From Bacteroidaceae bacterium (GTDB lineage Bacteria > Bacteroidota > Bacteroidia > Bacteroidales > Bacteroidaceae): a stretch of 24,000 bases of DNA. The notes under the pieces were generated by a model. The model had not been told where the DNA came from. It did no database searches and saw only the letters and a list, made by a program, of their open reading frames with translations. Numbering within the stretch: the stretch's first letter is position 1; each line of letters opens with the position of its first letter. The stretch is from assembly GCA_017524545.1 (NCBI GenBank), contig JAFXVN010000040.1, positions 50,985 through 74,984 of the forward strand, given 5' to 3'. Positions 17,628 to 24,000 of the stretch are shown here, piece after piece. The translations under genes were made by a program, and so were the position numbers.

Positions 17628-17662
17628 AGAAATCGTAAATTTGTAAATCGTAAATAAAAGAG
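17628..17662 (+). repeat. AT-rich heptamer array immediately 5' of the dapL ATG
   Basis: GAAATCGTA AATTTGTA AATCGTA AATAAAAGAG ATG. Confidence 0.8.
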
Positions 17663-18829
17663 ATGATAAACCAGAACTACCTGAAACTCTCCGAGTCCTA
17701 TCTCTTCTCTGAGATTGCCCGGAAAGTGAAAGCATACAAGCAGGAAAATCCAGAAGCCGACATCATCAGTCTTGGCATAGGTGATGTGACTCAGCCGCTC
17801 GCCCCAGCAGTCATAGAGGCTCTGCATAAAGCGACGGACGAGATGGCCCAGAGCGCGACTTTTCGCGGCTATGGCCCAGAGCGCGGCTACGACTTCCTGC
17901 GTGAAGCCATCGTGCAGAACGATTTCCGCGCTTGTGGCATAGACATTGAGGCGGACGAAGTATTTGTGAGCGACGGAGCCAAGAGCGACACCGGAAACTT
18001 TCAGGAGCTTCTTTCGGCAGATTGTGTTGTGGCCGTCACTGACCCTGTTTATCCCGTGTATATCGACGCAAACACAATGGCAGGAAGGCGTATCATCAAG
18101 CTACCCTGCACACCCGAGAACGGCTTTGTGCCCGAATTGCCCACAGAGCATGTGGATGTTATTTACCTCTGTTATCCCAACAACCCGACAGGCACGACGC
18201 TGACTCGTGAGCAGCTGAAGAAGTGGGTGGATTATGCTCTGGCGAATGATGCGCTCATCTTCTACGATGCGGCATACGAAGCATATATCGCGAGCGAGGA
18301 CGTGCCGCACAGCATCTACGAGATTCCTGGCGCGAAGCAATGTGCTGTGGAGTTCCACTCATACTCCAAGACGGCAGGTTTCACAGGCATCCGTTGCGGA
18401 TATACGGTGGTGCCAAAAGCCTTGAAGGTCAATCTCAACCCGCTTTGGAACCGCCGACAATCCACGAAGTTCAACGGCACAAGCTACCTCAGTCAGCGTG
18501 CTGCCGAAGCTATCTATACCCCCGAAGGCAAGGCTCAGATTAAGGCGACTATCGCTTACTATATGGAGAATGCCCGACTGATGCGCGAGGCACTCACAAA
18601 CATGGGCTTCAAGGTCTATGGTGGCAAAGATGCACCTTACCTTTGGGTCAGCACGCCAAACGACATGAGTTCATGGGAGTTCTTCGACTGGATGCTCCAC
18701 TCGGCACATGTTGTCTGCACGCCTGGCGCAGGCTTTGGCCCAAGTGGCGAGGGCTTTGTTCGCCTCACAGCCTTTGGCACACACGTGAACACAGAGAAGG
18801 CACTTTGCCGCATCGCAAATAAATTGTAA
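17663..18829 (+). CDS. dapL: LL-diaminopimelate aminotransferase
   Basis: 388 aa with [30 protein letters not shown], and the PLP lysine region [15 protein letters not shown]. Confidence 0.9.
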   Translation: MINQNYLKLSESYLFSEIARKVKAYKQENPEADIISLGIGDVTQPLAPAVIEALHKATDEMAQSATFRGYGPERGYDFLREAIVQNDFRACGIDIEADEVFVSDGAKSDTGNFQELLSADCVVAVTDPVYPVYIDANTMAGRRIIKLPCTPENGFVPELPTEHVDVIYLCYPNNPTGTTLTREQLKKWVDYALANDALIFYDAAYEAYIASEDVPHSIYEIPGAKQCAVEFHSYSKTAGFTGIRCGYTVVPKALKVNLNPLWNRRQSTKFNGTSYLSQRAAEAIYTPEGKAQIKATIAYYMENARLMREALTNMGFKVYGGKDAPYLWVSTPNDMSSWEFFDWMLHSAHVVCTPGAGFGPSGEGFVRLTAFGTHVNTEKALCRIANKL

Positions 18830-18854
18830 AATTGTCAGATTGTAAAATTGTCAG
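18823..18854 (+). repeat. Perfect 16-bp tandem duplication bridging the dapL stop and the gltB ATG
   Basis: ATTGTAAAATTGTCAG occurs twice (18823-18838 and 18839-18854). The first copy contains the dapL TAA, and the second ends at the gltB ATG (18855). Confidence 0.9.
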
Positions 18855-21800
18855 ATGAATAAAGGACTTTATAGTGAAGCATACGAGCACGATGCCTGCG
18901 GCGTGGGCATGGTAGTGAACATTCACGGCGGCAAGAGTCACGAGTTGGTGGATAATGCGCTGAAGGTGCTGGAAAACATGGAGCATCGGGGTGCCGAGAC
19001 CAGGGACAAGACGGGCGACGGAGCCGGTATCATGGTGCAGATTCCGCACGAGTTCATCCTCTTGCAAGGCATTCCTGTTCCCGAGAAAGGTCGGTACGGC
19101 ACGGGGCTTGTGTTCCTTCCAAAGGATGAAAAGGCTCAGCAAACGATTCTTAGCGTGATGATAGAAGAGATTGAGCGCGAGGGACTGGAACTGATGCATG
19201 TGAGGGCAGTGCCGACGTGTCCCGAGGCTTTGGGTGCTGGGGCAAAGGAAGTGGAGCCGGAAATAAAGCAGATATTCGTGACGGGTGTGACGGAGGAACA
19301 GGCTCCGACGCTCGACCGCATATTATATAAGGTAAGGAAACGCATCGAGAACCGCATTACTGATGAGGACTTCTACATCTGTTCGCTTTCGTCAAAGAAT
19401 CTTATCTACAAGGGTATGCTGACCAGCGGGCAGTTGAGACGATATTTCCCCGACTTGTCAAGCCCTTACTTTACGAGCGGTCTTGCGCTGGTTCACTCGC
19501 GCTTCTCGACCAACACCTTCCCGAAGTGGAAACTGGCGCAGCCTTTCCGCTTGCTGGCTCATAATGGCGAAATCAACACCATTCGCGGCAATCGCGGTTG
19601 GATGAAGGCGAGGGAGAGTGTGCTTTCGAGCGAGGCTTTGGGCGACATCAAGGACTTGCGGCCTATCGTGCAGGAAGGCATGAGCGACTCGGCTTCGCTC
19701 GACAATGTCTTTGAGTTCCTCACTATGAGCGGCCTCTCTCTGCCGCAGGCGATGGCGATACTCGTGCCTGAGAGCTTCAACGACAAGAATCCTATCAGCG
19801 AGGATTTGAAGGCCTTCTATGAATATCACTCCATCCTGATGGAGCCTTGGGACGGGCCTGCGGCTTTGCTGTTTAGCGATGGACGCTTTGCAGGCGGTAT
19901 GCTCGACAGGAATGGTTTGCGCCCAAGCCGTTACACGATAACGAAGCAAGGCATGATGGTCGTGGCGAGCGAGGTCGGCGTGATGGACTTCGAACCGAGC
20001 GACGTGGTGAGCAAAGGGCGTTTGCAGCCGGGAAAGATTCTGCTCATCGACACGCAGGAAGGCAAGATATACTACGACGGCGAGATTAAGGAGCAGTTGG
20101 CGAAGGCGCATCCTTACAGGGAATGGCTCTCGACGAACCGCATCCAGCTGGAGAAACTCAAGAGCGGTCGGCATGTGGAGAACTCGGTGGAGAACTACGA
20201 GCGCAAGCTCATCACCTTCGGCTTCGGTCAGGAAGACATCGACAGAGCCATCATTCCGATGGCAACAGCAGGACAGGAGCCTGTTGCAGCGATGGGCAAC
20301 GACACGCCGCTGGCAGTCATCAGCGACCGTCCGCAGATTCTCTTCAACTACTTCCGCCAGCAGTTTGCGCAGGTAACGAACCCCGCTATTGACCCTATTC
20401 GTGAGGAACTGGTGATGAGCCTTACAGAATACATCGGAGCCGTCGGCACAAACATCCTCACGCCCGATGCCTCGAACTGCAAGATGGTTCGCCTGCCGCA
20501 GCCCGTGCTCACGAACACGCAACTCGACATCCTATGTAATATAAGGTATAAGGGATTTAAGACAATCAAGTTGCCAATGACCAGCCCCCTCCCAACCTTC
20601 CCCAAGGGGGAGGAGCCAGATTGGGATAAGGCCGGCGAGGCATTGAGAAATGCACTTGACAAGCTTTGTAAAGATGCAGAAGAAGCAGTAGATAACGGGT
20701 ATAACTATATCATACTGACTGACAAGATAGATCTCCTCCCCCTTGGGGGAGGTCGGGAGGGGGCTTTCTACATACCCTCATTGTTGGCTGTGAGTGCCGT
20801 TCATCACTATCTGATTAGTGTCGGCAAGCGCGTACAGACGGCTCTTATTGTGGAGAGCGGCGAGATTCGCGAAGTGATGCACGCGGCTTTGTTGTTAGGC
20901 TATGGGGCAAGTGCCATTTGTCCCTATATGACTTTTGCTGTGCTGGACGACCTCGTGAAGCGACACAAGATACAAGAAGAGTATGCCACAGCAGAAGCGA
21001 ACTACATCAAGGCGGTCGATAAGGGCTTGAAGAAAGTGATGTCGAAGATGGACATCTCAACCATCCGCAGCTATCGTGGCGCAAAGATATTCGAGAGCAT
21101 CGGACTGAGCGAAGATTTGCTGAGAAGGTACTTCGGAACAGAAGTCAGCACTATTGGCGGCATAGGGCTGAAGGAAATTGCGAGGGATGCGATTCGCTTG
21201 CACGAGGAGGCCTTTGGTTGGGTATGTCGCGTTGGCAACGCGACATACGGGACGCCAGCCCTCCAAAATAACGGTCAGTTCTCTTGGCGCAAGGACGGCA
21301 TCCTTCATGCTTGGAATCCCGACACGATTGCCAACCTGCAGATTGCCACAAGGCTTGGTTCTTACAAGAAGTTCAAGGAGTGGGCAAAGCTTGTCGATGA
21401 GAAGGAGAAGCCCATCTTCATTCGCGACTTCTTTGGCTTCAAGAAGGCTGCAAAGCCAACGCCTCTCGAGGAGGTGGAGCCAGTGGAAAGCATCGTGCGG
21501 CACTTCGTGACGGGAGCGATGAGTTTTGGTGCTTTGAGCATCGAGGCACACGAGGCACTTGCTTTGGCTATGAACAAGCTGGGCACGCGAAGCAACACAG
21601 GCGAAGGCGGCGAGGACAATGCCCGCTACCATTCGGAGGTCGATGGTGTTTCGCTCTCCAGCAAGACCAAGCAGATTGCCAGTGGTCGATTTGGCGTGAC
21701 GGCGGAATACCTTGTCAATGCCGAAGAGATACAGATTAAGGTTGCCCAGGGCGCGAAGCCTGGCGAAGGCGGACAGCTGCCTGGCTTCAAGGTGAACGAG

Positions 21801-23411
21801 ATTATCGCCAAGACACGAAATGCCATTCCTGGGATTAGCTTGATAAGTCCACCACCGCATCACGACATCTATTCTATCGAAGACCTTGCGCAGCTTATCT
21901 TCGACTTGAAGAATATCAATCCGACGGCTGCCGTGAGCGTCAAACTTGTTGCCGAGAGTGGCGTAGGAACCATTGCCGCTGGTGTGGCAAAGGCAAAGGC
22001 CGACCTGATAGTCATCAGCGGCAGTGAGGGCGGTACCGGTGCTTCGCCTGCTTCGAGTATGCGCTTTGCAGGCATCAGTCCTGAGATTGGACTTGCCGAG
22101 ACGCAGCAGACGCTCGTTATCAATGGGCTTCGTAACCAAGTTCGCCTCCAAACGGACGGGCAGTTGAAGACAGCAAAGGATGTCATCATCATGGCGATGC
22201 TTGGTGCGGACGAGTTCTCGTTTGGCACTCTGCCACTGATTGTTCTTGGTTGCGTGATGATGCGCAAGTGCAACACGAACACTTGTCCCGTTGGTGTGGC
22301 GACACAAGATGAAAGGCTGAGGGCGCGTTTCATGGGCAAGGCAGAGTATGTGGTGAACTTCTTCACCTTCCTTGCCGAGCAGGTTCGCGAGTACCTTAGC
22401 GAGATGGGAGTGCATAAACTAAAGGACATCATCGGCCATACAGAATTGATAGAGATAAAGACCGCAACTGCAACTGACAAGCAGAAGACCATCGACTTCA
22501 GCCGTTTGCTGCACAAGCCAGAGACGGATAAACCGCTCCATTGGGACAGAGGCGAGTTCACGAAGGTCAGTGGCGTGAAGGATGAGGAGATTATCAAGGC
22601 TGCACAGAAGAGCATTGACGATCAGGAAGAGATAACGCTTGACTTTGCCATCAAGAATACCGACCGCGCAGTTGGCACGATGCTATCAGGCATGATTGCC
22701 AAGAAATATGGTGAGGCTGGTTTGCCCGACGGCACGATTAACATCAAGTTCAAGGGTTCGGCTGGCCAAAGCTTTGGTGCTTTTGCAGTTCGAGGTCTGA
22801 ACCTCAGGCTCGAAGGCGAGACGAACGACTACTTCGGCAAGGGGTTGAGTGGCGGACGCATCAGCATCCTGCCTCCTGCGAGGAGTAATGCGGAGTTCCA
22901 TGCAGAGGACAATATCATCGCAGGCAACACAGGCCTCTATGGCGCGACGAGCGGCGAGCTGTATGTCAACGGTCGCGTGGGCGAACGCTTTGGCGTGCGC
23001 AACTCTGGAGCTATTGCCGTCATAGAAGGCGCAGGCGACCATTGTTGCGAGTACATGACTGGCGGTCGGGTGGTTGTTCTTGGCAAGACGGGGCGCAACT
23101 TCGCAGCCGGTATGAGTGGCGGCGTCGCTTACGTCTATGACCCAGACCACACCTTCGACTACTTCTGCAACATGGACATGGTGGAGATAAACCTTGTGGA
23201 GGACACCGTCTCGCGCAAGGAACTGCTCGAACTTATCCGTCAGCATTACCTCCACACAGGTTCTGCTCTTGCAGGACGGATGCTCGATGACTGGCAGCGC
23301 TACGTCGAGGACTTCATACAAGTCGTGCCAATCGAGTACAAGCGCGTCCTCGAAGAAGAAAAGATGAAAGAACTGCAACGGAAAATTGCAGAGGTACAAC
23401 GCGACTACTGA
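18855..23411 (+). CDS. gltB: Glutamate synthase large subunit
   Basis: 1518 aa with the N-terminal amidotransferase Cys (EHDAC|GVGMV), the FMN and 3Fe-4S region (CVMMRKCNTNTCPVGVATQD), and the GXGXG C-terminal domain. It carries three in-phase palindromic modules. Confidence 0.95.
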   Translation: MNKGLYSEAYEHDACGVGMVVNIHGGKSHELVDNALKVLENMEHRGAETRDKTGDGAGIMVQIPHEFILLQGIPVPEKGRYGTGLVFLPKDEKAQQTILSVMIEEIEREGLELMHVRAVPTCPEALGAGAKEVEPEIKQIFVTGVTEEQAPTLDRILYKVRKRIENRITDEDFYICSLSSKNLIYKGMLTSGQLRRYFPDLSSPYFTSGLALVHSRFSTNTFPKWKLAQPFRLLAHNGEINTIRGNRGWMKARESVLSSEALGDIKDLRPIVQEGMSDSASLDNVFEFLTMSGLSLPQAMAILVPESFNDKNPISEDLKAFYEYHSILMEPWDGPAALLFSDGRFAGGMLDRNGLRPSRYTITKQGMMVVASEVGVMDFEPSDVVSKGRLQPGKILLIDTQEGKIYYDGEIKEQLAKAHPYREWLSTNRIQLEKLKSGRHVENSVENYERKLITFGFGQEDIDRAIIPMATAGQEPVAAMGNDTPLAVISDRPQILFNYFRQQFAQVTNPAIDPIREELVMSLTEYIGAVGTNILTPDASNCKMVRLPQPVLTNTQLDILCNIRYKGFKTIKLPMTSPLPTFPKGEEPDWDKAGEALRNALDKLCKDAEEAVDNGYNYIILTDKIDLLPLGGGREGAFYIPSLLAVSAVHHYLISVGKRVQTALIVESGEIREVMHAALLLGYGASAICPYMTFAVLDDLVKRHKIQEEYATAEANYIKAVDKGLKKVMSKMDISTIRSYRGAKIFESIGLSEDLLRRYFGTEVSTIGGIGLKEIARDAIRLHEEAFGWVCRVGNATYGTPALQNNGQFSWRKDGILHAWNPDTIANLQIATRLGSYKKFKEWAKLVDEKEKPIFIRDFFGFKKAAKPTPLEEVEPVESIVRHFVTGAMSFGALSIEAHEALALAMNKLGTRSNTGEGGEDNARYHSEVDGVSLSSKTKQIASGRFGVTAEYLVNAEEIQIKVAQGAKPGEGGQLPGFKVNEIIAKTRNAIPGISLISPPPHHDIYSIEDLAQLIFDLKNINPTAAVSVKLVAESGVGTIAAGVAKAKADLIVISGSEGGTGASPASSMRFAGISPEIGLAETQQTLVINGLRNQVRLQTDGQLKTAKDVIIMAMLGADEFSFGTLPLIVLGCVMMRKCNTNTCPVGVATQDERLRARFMGKAEYVVNFFTFLAEQVREYLSEMGVHKLKDIIGHTELIEIKTATATDKQKTIDFSRLLHKPETDKPLHWDRGEFTKVSGVKDEEIIKAAQKSIDDQEEITLDFAIKNTDRAVGTMLSGMIAKKYGEAGLPDGTINIKFKGSAGQSFGAFAVRGLNLRLEGETNDYFGKGLSGGRISILPPARSNAEFHAEDNIIAGNTGLYGATSGELYVNGRVGERFGVRNSGAIAVIEGAGDHCCEYMTGGRVVVLGKTGRNFAAGMSGGVAYVYDPDHTFDYFCNMDMVEINLVEDTVSRKELLELIRQHYLHTGSALAGRMLDDWQRYVEDFIQVVPIEYKRVLEEEKMKELQRKIAEVQRDY
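20583..20615. repeat. 33-nt GC-rich palindromic unit, reverse orientation, in phase in gltB
   Basis: AGCCCCCTCCCAACCTTCCCCAAGGGGGAGGAG is 11 codons, SPLPTFPKGEE. It differs at 1 nt from the reverse complement of the pyrG unit at 13631-13663. Confidence 0.9.
20733..20765. repeat. 33-nt GC-rich palindromic unit, forward orientation, in phase in gltB
   Basis: CTCCTCCCCCTTGGGGGAGGTCGGGAGGGGGCT is 11 codons, LLPLGGGREGA. It differs at 1 nt from the pyrG unit and matches 31 of 33 positions as an inverted repeat of 20583-20615. Confidence 0.9.
21222..21248. repeat. 27-nt perfect palindrome in phase in gltB
   Basis: GTATGTCGCGTTG-G-CAACGCGACATAC has 13-bp perfect arms and a 1-nt centre. It is exactly 9 codons (VCRVGNATY) and starts on a codon boundary. 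Confidence 0.85.
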
Positions 23412-23418
23412 TAAATTT

Positions 23419-23492
23419 GACAATTGGACAATTTACAATTGGACAATTGCCACAAAGAAATTGTAAAATTGTGAAATCGTAAAATTGTAAAA
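23419..23492. repeat. Segmented AT-rich hairpin plus octamer array between gltB and gltD
   Basis: The left arm has ACAATT four times (23420-23448) and the right arm AATTGT/AATCGT four times (23459-23488), with a 10-nt loop. The right arm runs into AAAATATCAAG ATG (gltD). Confidence 0.85.
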
Positions 23493-23499
23493 TATCAAG

Positions 23500-24000
23500 A
23501 TGGGAAATCCTAAAGCATTTCTGACTGTGCCTCGCAAAGAGGCTGGATACAGACCGATTCACGACCGCATACATGACTTTGGCGAAGTGGAACAGACGCT
23601 CAACACGCGCGACAGGCAGGAACAGGCCAGCCGTTGCATGGATTGCGGCGTGCCTTTCTGCCATTGGGCTTGTCCGTTGGGCAACAAGGACCCCGAATGG
23701 AATGACGCGCTTTACAAAGGAGAGTGGGAAACGGCCTACAAGCTCTTGAAGAAGACCAATCCCTTCCCTGAGTTCACAGGCCGCATCTGCCCTGCGCTTT
23801 GCGAGAAGGCTTGCGTGCTCTATCATACCACGGGCGAGGCTGTCACCAATCGCGAGAATGAATGTGCCATTGCCGAGCGAGCCTTCCTGGAAGGATATGT
23901 GACCATTGAGCACCCCAAGCGCAACGGACTTCGCGTGGCTGTCGTCGGTAGTGGTCCTGCAGGTCTTGCAGCAGCCAATGCCCTCAACCTTATGGGTTAT
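23500..24000 (+). CDS. gltD: Glutamate synthase small subunit (NADPH), 5' part; continues beyond the window
   Basis: MGNPKAFLTVPRKEAGYRPIHDRIHDFGEV...ASRCMDCGVPFCH...CPLGN...FPEFTGRICPALCEKAC...VAVVGSGPAGLAAA. The frame is open to position 24000. It is absent from the ORF track because no stop lies in the window. Confidence 0.9.
   Translation, partial: MGNPKAFLTVPRKEAGYRPIHDRIHDFGEVEQTLNTRDRQEQASRCMDCGVPFCHWACPLGNKDPEWNDALYKGEWETAYKLLKKTNPFPEFTGRICPALCEKACVLYHTTGEAVTNRENECAIAERAFLEGYVTIEHPKRNGLRVAVVGSGPAGLAAANALNLMGY

Noticed and set aside
19458-22615. Long minus-strand ORFs (354, 452 and 248 aa) inside gltB
   Set aside because: They are antisense shadows of the 1518-aa gltB frame. They have no motifs, biased Arg/Leu/His composition, and no promoters or plausible starts.
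23397-23408. CAACGCGAC at the end of gltB, matching one arm of the 27-nt palindrome
   Set aside because: A 9-nt match is at chance level for 48 kb of double-stranded search space, and no partner arm is present.

Overview
This 24 kb window looks like a Bacteroidota chromosome, probably Prevotella or Segatella. The basis is TTTG/TAnnTTTG promoter boxes, no Shine-Dalgarno sites, and the gene content; none of this was checked against a database. No rRNA, tRNA, CRISPR array, transposase or integrase was found.

The window has three parts:
- (1) 1-7021, a plus-strand glycan-utilisation block. It holds the tail of an AraC-type regulator, a DUF1349-like lipoprotein, a chimeric lipoprotein/GNAT remnant, a GH2 beta-galactosidase-like enzyme, a GH51 alpha-L-arabinofuranosidase, a GH16 beta-glucanase and a Maa/LacA-type acetyltransferase.
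- (2) 7022-10500, a decayed or accessory patch. It holds a 351-bp cassette bounded by inverted repeats and full of 21/22-bp iterons, an orphan AAA+/DUF234 ATPase, a frameshifted secreted Ig-domain pseudogene and a flavodoxin-like FMN reductase.
- (3) 10510-24000, a nitrogen-assimilation supercluster in two divergent operons: glnK-amtB-porin-pyrG-purF on the minus strand and dapF-dapL-gltB-gltD on the plus strand.

The most unusual signal is in part 3, in two forms:
- Every non-overlapping intercistronic junction is filled, right up to the start codon, by AT-rich arrays with a 7-8 nt period.
- The conserved enzymes pyrG, purF and gltB each carry short palindromic or periodic DNA modules embedded exactly in frame. 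These are a 33-nt GC-rich unit with no stop in any of six frames (three near-identical copies plus one diverged), a 27-nt perfect palindrome, and AT-rich heptamer modules.

The two 33-nt copies in gltB are inverted repeats flanking 117 bp whose reverse complement also stays open. That makes the segment a candidate intragenic inverton.
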